A DNA stretch of 49,721 nt, the filler included, from Jimgerdemannia flammicorona (lineage: Eukaryota): NCBI GenBank assembly GCA_003990765.1. It is 2 parts of 2 records of this genome, joined end to end, with 100 filler letters (N's around TTAATTAATTAA, not from the genome) between each part and the next. Parts side by side here need not be neighbours in the genome. Positions count along the whole stretch, not along the records: positions 24,920 to 49,721 come from RBNJ01000923.1; 1 more part is not named here. One strand, written 5' to 3'. Within the stretch, counting starts at the first letter, position 1, and each line of letters opens with the position of its first letter. Below are positions 24,920 to 40,216 of this stretch, piece after piece. The notes under the pieces are model-generated. The model worked only from the letters and a program-made list of their open reading frames with translations. It was not told where the DNA came from and ran no database searches. The position numbers and the translations under genes were made by a program.

Positions 24920-26103
24920 TTTATTTTACAGACTCAGAGTTCTGTAGATTTTATTAAAAGAGAACCTAGACTATATAGGTCAAAACCCTCCCTCACTACC
25001 TACCAGACATTACTCTTCCATTAACCTAGGCTACTAAATTGTCCTATAGTCCCACTATTCCTACTATGTATATCAGATATACCAACTCTCACTATATAGA
25101 CTAGACTTATCTGTTTATCAGAGCTAGATCATTTTGACTACATGTGAGAGCATACCTATATATTAGATCTAGCAATATTGAGACTGAATAAGGAATAGTT
25201 CTCTGAACTCCAAACAAAGGCTTGAGGCAAAGAAAAACCCCCCAACTAGCCAACAGAAGACAGAATAGATTCAGAGCAGATAAGTAAAAAACTTATATAT
25301 AGGACTCTCTCAAAAGGACTGATACATGAGCTAAGGCTTGAAAAAGTCCCACTCCCACTCCCTGAGCCTACAGGCCTCAATTATAATACTGTATCAGCTC
25401 CTGGTTCTAATCAGATACTGCTAAATAAGAGAGATCTCACTCTCCAAGCCTGTGGGCCTCAATTGTATTACTATGTCAGCTCCCAGTTCCAGTTAGATAT
25501 AGCCAGGATACTGGTCTCTGCACTACCCCACTCTCTACCAGCCAATCAAAAGGCCCTACTGAGATAATACTTACTCTAACCCTGATGACCCCTCAGCCTA
25601 ATACTCTACTGGTCTATCATTATTACTTTTCTGCCTATCTGTAATAGCCATCTTCTCTCTCATCCTAACTCTATCTGAAAAGTAATTACCTATGCTAGAA
25701 CTATGCTCACTAGAAAGCTCACCAAAGCATAGAGGGCCCCACTATAGGTACTAAGGACCTGCAGGTAACCTATACTAGTACTTGATGCCCAAGGTTGACT
25801 GACTCTATATATAGTCTGTGATATACCAGATAATATCTTGTTGATGATAACAAAAGGAATAAGGTGCCACACTAAAACAGATATACTCCAGATATAGTCA
25901 AAGATACTAGAAATATTGAAAAAGTAAAGAAGACACCAATCTGACACTGATAAAAGGGCAACTCATCACTATTATCTCTCTCCTATTATGCTCTTACAAG
26001 AACAGCAAACTAATCTAAGATAGAGAGGATAATAATAGGAGAAAGGAGACTTGGAAGGTCACCTACCAAATCTTATAACCAGTAAGATAGCAGAGAAAGG
26101 AGA
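24920..26103 (-). mobile_element. Non-coding poly(A) retroposon, copy 2 (more mutated)
   Basis: Colinear with copy 1 from ACAGACTC to AGCAGAGAAAG; abuts the family C integrase end. Confidence 0.85.
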
Positions 26104-29100
26104 ATCATGAAGCTTCTACTATATTCTGATATATATATTAGAACTTTGTCTCCTATCTTGATAATCTCTAGAGACTTGTGAACTTTTTCTATATTATTCT
26201 ATTATAGTGCCTATATCTTGGTTATATAATTCTCAGGCTTTTTTCTGATTTAGTATAGTCTCTGAATCTCTATATCCACACATTTCCATATAATATTACT
26301 ATTAGATAACAGAGTTCTTTGAAAACTTTCTTCTCTAAATAAGATTTCTTAAGAGATAAAATGAGTACTTTGTGATTGAATATCCTGAAGAGCAGATAAT
26401 ACTATTAGCAGATAGTAATCCCAATTTTCATAGTTATCACAGATCTTAGTAATAACATTTTTGAGAGTCTTATTGATTCTTTCTACTTGTCTATTTTCTT
26501 GAGAGTGATAGGCTATAGTCTGAATATACTAAATCTTGTACTTCTTGCAGAGAATCTTAAAGAACTGGTTTACAAATTCTATTTCTCTATTTGTGATTAC
26601 TTGCAATGGGGTCTTGAATTGGCAGATGATTTTTTTATAAAAGAAATTGATAATTAACTATATATTGACTCCTTTGAGAGATTCTGCCTATATCTATTTC
26701 ATAAAAGGTCTACAATGATAATGATGTATCAGTTACCAGTCAAAGTCAAAAGTAGAGAACTGATTACATCTATTACTATATAGGCAAAGGATATTAGTTC
26801 TATGTATACTAATTCTGGAGTCTGATTTCATTGATCTTATTTCTGTTTTTAGTATTTATCACAGATCTTAACAAATTGTCTGACATCTTTCTCTATTCCT
26901 GGCCACTACATTATTCTTCTTGCTTTTTTATAAATATTTATTTCTCCTAAATAGCCAAGTTCATATATTGATTTTATTGCTTACTTCTTCTTATATTTAG
27001 ATATAACTAGTAGCTTTCCTTTCTTCAATGTTTCTCTATTGATTTTGAATTGTTTCTATATTCTGTTGATAATTATTTATATTTATTCTTCCAGATATTG
27101 GAGTATATTTTGCTATCTCAGATAGGTGATAATTCTATAGTAAAGCTCCTTATTCATTGTTGATTTATTGGTTGAAGATTCTTCAGAATATCTGTAAGAG
27201 GACATCTGTATTAGCATTGATTCTTCTAGAGCAGTATATAATAGTTGTCATAGGTCTGTAACTTCATAATCCATCTGATATAGATTTCTTTGGATTGTCT
27301 AGTAGTTAGTAGCTAAGTGAGAGCTGAGTGGTCTGTCTGAATGGTGAAGTATTTTCCAGTAAGGTAGTAGTGGAACTTTTCTATAGCTCAGATGACTACA
27401 AGATATTCTAATATATAGAATTCATATTCCTTTTTAGCTCCTTGGATTCCTTAGCTAAGATATATAATAATATATTCTACTTTGTCTTTCTTCTGAGCCA
27501 GGACTGCTCTTAGTCCTTATACATATACTTATGTTTATCTATAGGATAAATTCTTGAGTCCAATCAGATCTTCTGAGAATAGATGCCTGAGTCAGTCTGA
27601 TCTTGAGCTCATCATGTACTTTTTGTTGCCTGCCAGTCTATTGAAACTTAATATTCTTCTTGTTGAGTTTATAGATTGAGTCTATAATATTGGAGAATCC
27701 TTTAATAAATCTATAGTAGTATGAGATAAGTCCCATGAAGGCTTGAGCTTCAGTAACAGTGGTGGGCCTTAGATATACTACTACTACTTGAATTTTGAGA
27801 GGGTCTATGTGTGTTCTATCTTAGTTGATAATATGGCCAAAATAGGAGATCTCAATTTCTGTGAACTTGTACTTCTTGGGCTTAATGTATAGACTATACT
27901 TCCTTAGCTTCTCTATTATCTATTAGATGTACTGCAGATATTCTTCAGCTGTTTTATTATAGATAATAATATCATCCATATAAACCATTATCTATCTTTC
28001 TATATTATAGTAGAAGATTTTATTCATTATTCATTAAAAGCTTACTAATATATTATATATTCTGAATAGTATTTTCAGATAGACATAGGTTCTATCTGAA
28101 GTGATAAAGGCTGACTTCTCACTTACTGCTTCTATGAGACTAATTTGATAGAATCCCAAGTATAAATCCAAAGTACTGTAATTCTATACTTTATCTCTCA
28201 GATTACAAGAATATCACTGATGAGGAGCAGTAGTTAGTAATCTTTTTTGATAGTCAGATTAAGCTTCCTGTAATCAGTACAGAGTTTTGAACAAATTCTC
28301 CTGATTTGCTTTCTTTTTTTGGAGCCAGTACAACTAGTGAAGCCCAAGAACTATTGACTTCTTTGATGATACTAGCTTCTTCCATCTGCTTGATTTCTTC
28401 TCTGAGCCATTTATGATAAACTGGTGGAATTGATCTTGCTTTTTGATAAATTGGTTCAGTATTCCTTATATCTATATCATAGTAGTAATGTGGTGACTTT
28501 CTTTTAATATTCTAGAGTATTTTCTTGAGTTCCTTCTTGAGTGAGAATTTATTTCTAATAGTATAGCTATACTTGTTTGTAGTTTCCTCTTTTTTGTGGT
28601 CCAGTTCAGTGATCTTAGTACTAGCAAATACTTCTTTTCTTATAGATCTGAATCCCTTTCTTCCTCTCTCTATTTCTTCTAACTTCTTAACTTCTATAAT
28701 CTTTGGCTGAAGAACTGAGAAGATTAATATCTATACTAGTTGGTCCTTCTTCTTAATTAGAAATGAAATCATAGGGTCATGATTCTTAACAATAAGTAGT
28801 AATTCTCTAATATAATCTGAATTAATGACTTCTCCTTTAATAGTAATCTCACTCTTGATCAGACTACTTCTTGTCTTGAGGATTCTGATATTGTCTTTTA
28901 GAATAGTCATCTCTAGACCAGTTATAAGTAGGGTAGTTGTCTGGGACTCAAGTACAGTTTCTTTTACTATAGTGATATCCATTCCAGCTATATTCTCTGA
29001 TTTGTATTCTGGTAGAACTACATTAGGGTGGATTTTTCAAATCTTGACCTTGATTTCTTCTTCATCATCACTATCCTCCAGAAGGGCTAGTGGTTTGTCA

Positions 29101-31664
29101 TCCTCTTTCTCCTCCTTCTCTTCTCTTATTTGTTTCTCAAGAGCCTTTTATCTTCTTTTATAGTAGATCTTCTTGATTATACTAGTATATTGATAGCAAT
29201 TATTGATATACTCTATATAGTATATCTTGATTCTATAGAGACAGACTCCTTATAATACATATTCTTCAATAATCCTCTTACACCATTCTTCTTTACTTAT
29301 CCATTAAACTTTCTTCTTCTTTTTTTAAGTAGTCATCATATAAGCTTCTTTTTGCTTACTTTCTTCTTTCTTCATTTTAGGAAGTACTTCTTTGTTGATA
29401 TTGATGGGAATCTACATCTTCTGTCCTCAGTAGATAATCTGCATCTTCTAGACATTTAGATAAATTATTATCCTAGCTTTATAAAGCCATTAGTTGCTGA
29501 TAAGAATATTATAGTTGATTATATTAGTTTAAATGATGTCTACTGAGATAGTTGCTCCTCCAAACTTGATAGAGATATCTCAGATCTTTTCTAGAGATAT
29601 GGTCTTATTCTATCTACTGTAACAAATATCAACTTGGTTGCTTCTTCAATCTCCCAGTCTAGATAGCCTACTGCTTTCTTGCTGAGGAGGCATTTTTCTG
29701 CTCTAGTATCAATGATGGCCTCAAAGATTCTACCTTTGATTTAATAGATTGTATAGGCAGAGATCTTATAATTGTCTTTACTTTCTTCTCCTAAGTCTTC
29801 TTGAACATTGTTGATCTCAGTTATCTTCCAACCTTGCTCCTTAGTTGTCTTGGTAAGTTCATATCTTATTTTCTATCTGAATGTGAGAATTTCTGCTAGC
29901 TGGCCAAAGGTTGTATTGACCTTTTGTTGACTAAGGTCCTTGAAGATATCATACTTGAAGGTCTTGGTTTTGCAAAGCTTTTTTTTCTTTTTTCCTTTGC
30001 TGGCTAGAACTGGAGTAGTTTCTTAGATAATATCTTAAACTACTTGCTCAAGCTTTATATCTTGATCTATTTCTTCAGCTTAGCTTTCTGTAGTAGTTTC
30101 CATCTGTTTCTCTACTGGGTTTTTTTTGGGTCTCTCTGATGGTCTCTTGTATGGTTTCTTATAAATATCCTTCTTAATAGTCTGTATAGGGTAGGCCTCT
30201 CATTCTTCTTCATCAGATTCTCCAATTTCTTCAAAGATAATAGTATTGGTCTGTTCTTTATTCTAAGTAGTATTACATAACTATATCTTGTACTTAGTTT
30301 CACTTATGCATTTATATGAATAATGGTCTTCTTCTCTACAAGTATAGCAGATACCTCTCTTCTTATCTGAGGTATTAGCAACTTCTGAACTAGATAATAA
30401 TCTCTTTCTCTAATTTTCTTTATTATATCTCCTAAGTGAACAGTTATTTCAGCAAACTTCTTAGCTAGTTCCTTCATGGGGTCACTGTTTCTTTACTGCT
30501 CTATAGCTCTTAATTGAGGTATATTTCAATTGATTACTATGGTAGAGATTATTCTAGTTACCTTAGGTGCTTCAATTCTAACTCCAGTAACTCTTTCTAT
30601 TGTAAAGTCTTGTAGATATCTGGCTATCTAGTATTACTGAACATAGGTGACCTTTTATACTAGATCTAAGACTACTAGTGATGAGCAGATGATCATAACT
30701 ATCTCTGAGTAGACTCTCTTTATAAAGATTGTCTCAGTTACTTGATCTCAGATAGCAGTATCATAGTCTATAAGAATTATCTAATATTGAATTCTGGTAT
30801 AGAATATATTTGGATCCTTGTTCATTTCTTAGTATATTATATTGAGCTGATCCTTTAGGGCTTGCTTGATCTTATCTATATAGTAAGTAGCTCTAAGTCA
30901 GACCTTCTGTGCTATCAGTACAGTATTGTCATCATTTCTATATAAATTGCAGCTGTAAATACTACTCTTGCTAGATCTCAGAGCCTGAAGAGTATAAGAA
31001 CTACTTGCTATCTTGCTGTCAGAGTTCTTATAGTAGCATATTATTCAAAATCATCAATGAAGGTAATGATTGATTTATCTGAAGTATATCTATGGAATAC
31101 TAGTGATCTTATATCTATCTTGTTTAGATATCATGATTTGATTTATATAGTTATTGATATGGTAGTAGTTATTCATTATTTAGCTTAAAAGTGAGAGATT
31201 TATCTTAAATCACCAACTAATAGATACTAAGTTGTAATATAGTAGATATATAACTATATAAGTATGTTAGATTTCTATATCTTAAAAACTTAATTTTCTT
31301 TGACTCTGCAGAGTCCTCAAGATATAAGGGTAGATAAGTTCAAAGTATATCTATCTATAGACTTATTAGTTCTCTTACTTTCTCTTTGCTTTGAACTATT
31401 TCAATCTGAGGTTTATTCACTCTAAATACTGAGAATATTTATATAAGTTTGCTAGCTATAAAGTGGCTAAGTTATAACTATATTTCCTGTGAGTTACTTT
31501 TCATAAGGATTAAGTCTTAACATCTGTTAAATCTTTGATAATTATTAAAATTTAACATTTGTAAAATCTCAATATTTGTAAAACTTTAATATTTATCAAA
31601 ACTTTAATATTTGTGAAATAACTATTTCTCTGATTCATATTTCTAATTTAGATTAACTATCACA
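26104..31664 (-). mobile_element. Ty3/Gypsy family C, copy 1 (heavily mutated; 3' end missing)
   Basis: Reverse complement of 32318-37770; LTR 31233-31664; YMDD at ~27971-27982; dUTPase relic in ORF 28731-28982. Confidence 0.9.
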
Positions 31665-32317
31665 ATAGATAAATATATTTAAATTAAAAAAATAATAATA
31701 ATTAAAAATATATATTATAATTTAAACTCTCTTTATTATCTTTTATTTTATTATTTTTATACTTTTTACTATTTTTATAAAGTTTTTTTTTATTATTTTT
31801 CTTTACTATCTTTACTATTTTTATCTTTTTACTATTTTCAAATTAAAAAAATAATAATAATTTTATAATTTAAACTTTTATTAAAATCTTCTTTATTATC
31901 TTTATTAAGATCTCTTTTCTCTATTTACTTTTTACTATCTTTATCTTCTTTATTATCTTTACTCTATTTATTATCTTTTTTTTACTATCTTTACTCTCTT
32001 TATAATTTCTTTACTATCCTTATTCTATCTTTATTAAGATACTTTTTTATAATTATAATTAATTTTTTTAAAAAATATATATATATTTAATATAAAATTA
32101 TCTAATATTATTTAAAAATCTCCATTATCTCTATAAAAATATATATAGAAATTTTATGTAATTTAATATAGAGCTTTACATACTAAAGATAAATAGATTT
32201 TTAAATTTAGAAGTTTTTATATTCAAGTTTCTATAGTGACTGCTTTTCTTTATCTTAGTTTCAATTTCTTCTAATATATCTAAAATGTGTCCAACTTTAA
32301 AAGAATAGAACTCTTAT
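31665..32317. repeat. AT-rich low-complexity spacer between the two family C copies
   Basis: Degenerate TTTACTATC/TTTATTATC repeats. Confidence 0.75.
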
Positions 32318-34849
32318 TGTGATGGTTAATCTGAATTAGGAATATAAATCAGAGGAATAGATATTTGATTATAATATATGAATCTAATTTCTAAATATAG
32401 TATAACCTTATAAATAGTAGTCATATTTTTATAAATATAGAAACTTTACAAATATAGAAATTCTACAGATATAAAATCTTTATAATTATAGAGATTTCAC
32501 AGATGTAGAGAATCTATACTTATAGAAAATGACTTACAGAAAATGTAGTTATAACTAGCCATCTTATAGCTAGAAAAATTATATAAATATTTCTAGTATC
32601 TAGAGTAAATAAACCTCAGATCAAAATAATTCAAAGTAAAGAGAAAGTAAGAGAACTAGTAAGCCTGCAGGCAGATATACTTTGAACTTATTTATCTCTA
32701 TATCCTAAGGACTCTGTAGAGTTAAAGAAGATCAAGTTTTTAAGATATAGAAATTCAATATACTTATATAATTATGCATCTACTATGTTATAACTTAGTG
32801 CCCATTAACTAGTAATTTAAGATAAATCTCTCACTTTCAAGCTAAACAATAAATAACTACTATTATCTAAATAACTATACAAATTGAATCAAGATATTCA
32901 GATAAGATAGATATGAGACTACTAGTATTCTATGGATATATCTCAGATAAGTTGATCATTATCTTTATTGATGATTTTGAATAGTATGCTGCTATAAGGA
33001 CTCTGACAGCAATACAACAAGTAGTTCTTATGCTCTTTAGTCTCTGAGAATCAGCAAGAGTAATATTCACAGTTATAACTTATATAGGAAATAATGACAA
33101 TACTATACTAGCAGTATAGAAGGCTTGGCTCTGAATCACCTACTATATAGATGAGATCAAGTAAGCTCTAAAGAATCAGCTCAATATAACATATCAAGAA
33201 ATGAGTGAGGATCCAAATATATTCTACATTAGAATCTAATATTAAATCATTCTTGCAGATTATACTGCTACCATCTGAGATCAAATAGTCAAGACAATCT
33301 TTATAAAAAGAGTCCACCTAGAGATAGCTCTGGCTATCTACTTATCATAAGTAGTCCTGGATCTAGTACAAAAGATTACCTATGCTCAGTGATATTAGAT
33401 AGTCAGACATCTATAAGATCATATAATAGAAAGAGTTACTGGAGTTAAAATTGAAGCACCAAAGATAACCAATATGATCTCTATCACAGTAATTAATCAA
33501 AACACACTTCAGCCAAGAGCTACTGAATAGCAGAGAAATAGTGACTCAATGGAGAAACTTGTCAAAAGGTTTGCTGAAATAACAGCCCACCTAAGAGATA
33601 TGGTAAAAGAAATTAAAGGAAGAGACTACCACTCAGTTTAGAAGTTTACTATTACTATAGACAAAAAGAGAGATATCTGCTATACCTGTGGAGAAGACAG
33701 CTACTACTTATATAAATGTATGAGTGAGACCAAGCACAAAGCTCAGCCAAGCAATGCTATAAAGAATAAGGAATAGACCAATACTATTACCTTCAAAGAA
33801 ATCAGAGAATCAGATAAAGAAGAATAGAAAGCCTACACCACTGAGACTATTAAGAAGAATGTTCACAAGCAACTCTATAAGAGACCACCAGAGAGACTCA
33901 AGAAGAACTCAGTAGAAAAATAGATAGAAACTGCTAGAACAGACTGTTTAAGATATTATTTGAGGAACTACTCCAGCCAGTAAAGGAGAAAAGGAGAAGA
34001 GACTTTACAAGACTAAGACTTTCAAGTATGATATCTTCAAGAACCTCAGTCAATAAAAGATCAATGCAACCTTTGGCCAGTTGGCAGAAATACTCACATT
34101 TAGATAGCAAATGAGATATAGACTTGCTGAGATAACCAAGAAACAAGAATAGAAGATAACTGAGACCAACAATGTTCAAGAAGACTCTGGAGAAGAGAAT
34201 GAAGATAATCACAAGATATCTGCCTATACAATCTGTCAAATTGAAGATAGAATCTTTGAGACCATTATTGATACTGAAGCAAAAGGATGTCTCCTCAGTA
34301 AAAAAGCAGCAGACTGCCTAGGTTGGAAGGTTGAAGAAGCAACCATCTCAGTAGATGTGATTATAACTAATGCTACTAACTATGATATCCTTATTGGCAA
34401 CCAGTGGCTTTATAAAGTCAGAGCAATAATTGATCTCAATGCTCAGAAGATGCAGATAATCTATCAAGGTCAGAAGATGTGAATTTCTATCAATATTAAC
34501 AAAGGAGTACTACTTAAAATAGAGGAAAAAGAAAGCAATCAAGAAGCCTATATAGTGACTATTTAGAAAAAAAAGAAGAAAGTTGGATGGATTAGTAAAA
34601 AAGAATGTTATAAAAAGATCATTGAAGGATATATACCACAAAAAGTCTGCTCTCATGGAATCAAGATATACTATATAAAACATATTGATGATTGCTACTA
34701 GTATATTAGTAGAATTAAGAAAATCTATCATAAAAGAAGACAGAAGACTCTTGAGAAACAGGCAAGATAAGAAAGGAAGAGGAAGAGAATGATGAACCAC
34801 CAGTCCTCCTAGAGGACAGTAATGATGATGAAGAAATCAAGATCAAGAT

Positions 34850-35245
34850 TTGGAAAATCTACTTTAATATAGTTCTACCAGAATATAAGTCAGAAAATAC
34901 ATATCACTATAGTAGAAGAAACTATACTAGAGCCCCAGACAACTATCCTGCTTGTAACTAGTTTAGAAATAACCATTCAAAGGACTATATCAAGATCCTC
35001 AAGATAAGAAGCAGTCTGGCTAAGAGTGAGATTACTATTGAAGGGGAAGTTATTGATTCAGACTATATTGGAGAAATACTACTTATTGCTAGAAACTACA
35101 ACTCTATGATTCTATTTCCAATCAAGAAGAAAGACTGATTGGTGCAGATATTGATCTTCTTAGTTCTTTAGCCAAGGATCATAGAAGTTAAGAAGTTGGA
35201 AAAAATGGAAAGAGAAAGAAAAGAATTCAGATCTACTAGAAGAGG
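34850..35245 (+). pseudogene. dut: dUTPase relic, family C (between protease and RT)
   Basis: RSSLAKSEITIEGEVIDSDYIGEI and LVQI; the matching copy lies at ~28640-29040 (-). Confidence 0.8.
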
Positions 35246-38131
35246 AGTATTTGTCAATATCAAGATTATAGAACTAGATTACAAGAAGGAGGAAACTACA
35301 AATAAGCATAGCTACACTATCAGAAATGAATTCCTACTCAAGAAAGAACTTAAGAAGATACTCTGTAAATTTAAAAATATTAAGAGAAAGACTCCACACT
35401 ACTATTATGATATAGATATAGGAGATACCAAATCAATCTATCAAAAAGTAAGACCAATTCTGCCAGCCTATCACAAATAGCTTAGAGAAGAAATCAAGCA
35501 GATAGAAGAAGCTGGTATCATTAAAGAAGTAAGTAGTTCTTGGGCTTCACTAGTCATATTGACTTCTAAAAAAGAAAGCAAACTAGAAGAATTTACTCCA
35601 AGGCTCTATACCAATTACAGGAAGCTCAATCTGGCTACAAAGAAGAATTACCAACTACTGCCCCTTATCAGTGACATTCTTATAACTCTGAGAGATAAAG
35701 TACAATACTACAGTACCTTGGATTTATATATAAGATTCTACCAAATTGGTCTCACTGAAGCAGTAAGTAAAAAATCAGCCTTCATTACTCCAGATAGAAC
35801 CTATGTCTATCTATAAATAATATTTAGAATATACAATATACTAGCAAGCTTTCAGTAAATGATAAACAAAATCTTTTACTATAATATAGAAAGATGGATA
35901 ATAGTTTATATAGATAATATTATCATCTGTAGTAAGATAGTCAAAGAACATCTGCAGCATATCTAGCAGATGATGAAAAGGCTAAAAAAGCATAGTTTAT
36001 ATATCAAGTCCAAGAAGTGTAAGTTTGTAGAAATTGAGATCTCCTATCTTGATCACATCATTAACTGAGATAGAATACATATAGACCTACTCAAGATCTA
36101 AACAGTAGCAGTATATCCAAGGCCCACCACTATCACTGAAGTCTAAGCCTTCATGAGACTTACCTCATACTACTGTAGATTTATCAGAGAATTCTCTAAT
36201 ATTGCAGGCCCAATCTATAAACTCAACAAAAAAAATATCAAGTTCTAATAAACTAATAAACAATAGAAAGTATTTGATGAGCTCAAGATTAGACTAACCT
36301 AAGCACCTATCCTTAGAAGACCTAATTGGACTCAAGAATTCATCCTGTAGACAGATATAAGTACTCAAGAACTAGGAGCTATCCTGGCTCAAAAGAAAGA
36401 TAAAGTAGAATATATCATTATATATCTTAGCCAAGGAATCTGAGGAGCTGAAAAGGAGTATGAATTCTATAAGTTAGAATGTCTTGTAGTTATCTGGGCT
36501 ATAGAGAAGTTTTACTACTATCTTGCAGAAAGATACTTCACTATTCAGACAGACTACTTCACTCTTACTTAGCTGCTAACCACTGAATAACCTAAAGGAA
36601 TTTATACTAGATGGATTATGAAGTTGTAAGCCTATGATATAACTATTATATACTGCTCTGAAAGAACTAATATTAATATAAATACTCTCTTACAGATATT
36701 TTAAAGGACTCTCAACCAATAAATCAATTATGAATATAGAACTCTACTATAGAATTATCACCTATCTGAGACAGCAAAATATGTCTCAATATCTAGAAGA
36801 ATGAATACAAATAATTATCAATAGAATATAAAAACAATTTAAGATCAATAGAGAAATACTAAAGAAAGAAAAGCTACTAGTTATACCTGAATATAAGAAG
36901 GAGCAAGCAATGAAATCAATATATGAACTCAGCTATCTAGAAGAAACAAATACCTATAATAAAACAAGAAGAACAATGTGGTAGTCAGAAATAGAGAAAG
37001 ACATTCAAGACCTGTAATAAATATCAGAAACAGAAACAAGACCAGCAAAATCAGACCTTAGGATCAGTATATATAGAACTAGTACTCTTTGTATACATTA
37101 TAATAGATGTAATTAGCCCTCTACTCTTGACTTTGACTGACAACTAATATATCATTATTATTGTAGACCTTTTTATAAAATAGATAGAGATAGAATCTCT
37201 CAAAGAAACCAATGCACAGTTAATCACCAATTTCTTTTATAAAGAAATCATCTGCTGATTCAAGATCTCAGTATAAGTAACTACAGATAGAGGAATAGAA
37301 TTTATAAACCAGTTCTTCAAGATTCTCTACAAGAAGTACAAGATCCAGTATATTTGGACTACAGCCTATCACTCTCAGAGAAATGAATAAGCAGAAAGAA
37401 CAAACAAGACTCTTAAGAATATCATCACTAAGATCTGTAATAACTATAAAAACTAGGAACACTATCAGCTAATAGTATTATCTGCTCTTCAGGATATTCA
37501 ATTACCAAGTACCTATTTTATCTCTCAAGAGATGCTGTTCAGAGAAGAAAGTTCTCAAGGAATCTTATTATCTAATAGAGATACTGTATGAAAACATATA
37601 GATATAAAGATATGGAGACTATACTAAATCAGAAAAAAGGCTGAGGATTATATAATCAAAGTACAGATACTATAACAGAATAATATAGAAAAGACTCACA
37701 AGCCTCTGGAGATTATTAGGATAGGAGACAAAGTCCTAGTATATCAGAATATGGTAGAAGCTTCATGGTTATGAAAACTGAGATCTAAGTAGGAAGGACC
37801 TTACCTTGTGTAAGATATAAAAGGAATTACCTTTTGGCTATAAAAACTCTCAGATATAATCATCTCCACTATCATTTACTAAAACTGACTTAAGAAGTAT
37901 CATGACTAGTCAATGAAATATAGCCATAGCCCTCAAGATTACTGGTACTATACAATAAGTCATAGAAAGACAATAGTATACTATCAAGCCACTCATGATA
38001 GAGAAATTCTTCAACAGCATCCAAAGTATAGTACAGATATATCTGTCATAAATTTCATACTTCAAGATCTACCAGAATTAGACCGAGCTTCAAGAATACT
38101 TTAAATTAGGATAGCTACTGAATTCACAGCC

Positions 38132-40201
38132 TGTAAGTGCACAACCTCCAAGCCACTGAAATTACATGTCACCCTCTGAACAAGCTACTTAAATTACACG
38201 CGACCTCTGAACAAATCTGGAAATCACCTGCTTGATCACAAAGCTGAGTCAAACCGAAGTCACAGCATACAAAGCTGAGTCAATATGAAGTCATGGAACA
38301 CAAGATTTACACAAACAGAATCTTACCAATCAGGACCAAATGTATATACCGAGCACCGAGATGCGTCGAATCAGAGAATCAAAACAAACAACAACTATAA
38401 CTTCCAAACACACAAACATGATCACTGAGATCTACAACTATATCTGCATGGACATTTGGAATGCCATTGTCAACCGAGCCACACCCCCTCTGCCCCTCAT
38501 GAATATCCATAGCCTGGCACCCCTCTACTTCATGGAAGCCTGATGGAACGCCCTGAACATGCTTAGCGAGGCCCACCGAATCAGACAAATCTCAAGCTAC
38601 TACCAGATCAGCCACCTCCTGGAAGACATGGTCGAACACTACCATGATATAGACATTACCCAGATGTCTCAACACCAGAAGCTCATCGCCCGCAAACATC
38701 GAGAACTCTTCTACAAGTACAGTACCTTTATTCCCCACCTCTGAGTCACTACCAGTGAAATGGTTGCTACCCTGTCCTATGGCCAAATCAATGACATGAT
38801 ATAAGAACTCAACCACAAGTGCCTTGAATACATCTAGACCACAGACAGAACCTTTCCGTACCCTGATGACTATATCCTGCAAATGCCTCAAGTCAGATAT
38901 GCCATGAAGGATATCTACGATATAATCCACTTCGACGAAGATGAAGCAGAAGACAATGATTCCTCTGACGCCAACATGACCTCTAGCCAAGGATCTCTGC
39001 CAACCCTGATCACACTGCCAAACTTGCCGATGAACTTGCAACAGTTCATAACTACATACGAGACTTATTGGGACAATGACCACTGACATGAATACAAACC
39101 TGTGTTCACTCCTGATTACTTCAACTACAATGAAGAGACCAGAGAACACAACCTGTACCTCCAGACAACTCTTGAGATTGAACCAACCACTCCACCACCT
39201 GAGTATGAGTGATATGAACCACAGCCACCAGCTTACTATAATCCTGCAACTCATAGTGCTGTAACCTATAGAAGGTATGCAAACAGTGAATCCGATGAAA
39301 GTGAAGACAATACACCCATCCTTCACCCACCAACACCTTATCCAGCCTACGAGACAGACGATGCTATCCTGTGGGATGGAGATGAAGTTCCAATGTACTA
39401 TTACCTCAGCAAATAAGGAGAAGTAATCCGCGAACCATTATTCCTAGATAACTACTTCATCAGAGATGATGCAATCAATGGTGATGTCATCGAGGACTAC
39501 CCAGACAGTGTCTAAACCCATAAATAACCTAGCAGTCATAGTATAGTTAGATTAGCCTTGTACAACGTGACTGTAAACTAACTCAGCTGTCAGACGATCT
39601 CTTGACATATCAGATCACACTTGTACTATGTGACTGCATTCTGACTCAGCAAAGCATTTAGTGCTACATCCATATCTAGCATAGTCCAGATAGCCCCTCA
39701 CTAGTATAAATACCCCCTCCCCCAGACCTCAGAATCTTAGACTGGAACAGACTCAAACACACAAGAACATTCCTGAATACTTCCCCATAATACCCCTTCA
39801 CACAACTACTCCTAGTATAGCAATATCATGAATAGCGAATAAACCTATTTGATAACCTACAAATCACTCTTAAGTAAACCCACTCCCTGTTAGGTCCCAC
39901 TCCTAACTCTGTCACAAAATTTCCTAATTGGGTATTGTCTGCAGTGATATACCAATTCAACTAAGCTGGTCTTAGTTTCTTGAACTTCCTGAAATATGGA
40001 AAATCCTGAACATCCAGAACTAGTCCAAAAAGGGACTTTGGTTGAGACATCAATCTGATCTTGAAATCAATAAGCATAGTGGATATACTCTATACGAAAT
40101 TGATCTTAACCATAAAAAAATAGTCTTCCAGAATATCCAGAACTTCCAGAAAACCCTTCCAGAACTACGTAACAGTTACTCTAAAAAGTAACCCTCTTAC
40201 A
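38132..40201 (+). repeat. 5' LTR of family D (2070 bp)
   Basis: Direct repeat of 46720-48791; TATAAA 39705-39710, AATAAA 39838-39843. Confidence 0.96.
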
Positions 40202-40204
40202 ACT

Positions 40205-40216
40205 TGGTAGCAGCAG
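40205..40216 (+). promoter_or_regulatory. PBS, initiator tRNA-Met type (family D)
   Basis: TGGTAGCAGCAG 3 nt after the LTR end. Confidence 0.75.

Noticed and set aside
26104..37770. Family C pair as a single inverted segmental duplication
   Set aside because: Similarity stops at the LTR edges and the copies differ by internal deletions, which fits two separate insertions.
37913..38104. 63-aa ORF MKYSHSPQ... after the family C integrase
   Set aside because: Wrong frame; the stop-interrupted frame from ATG 37902 carries the conserved ORF3 motifs.
38592..39326. 244-aa antisense ORF in the 5' LTR
   Set aside because: Shadow of the sense ORF; Val/Ile-rich and broken in the 3' LTR copy.
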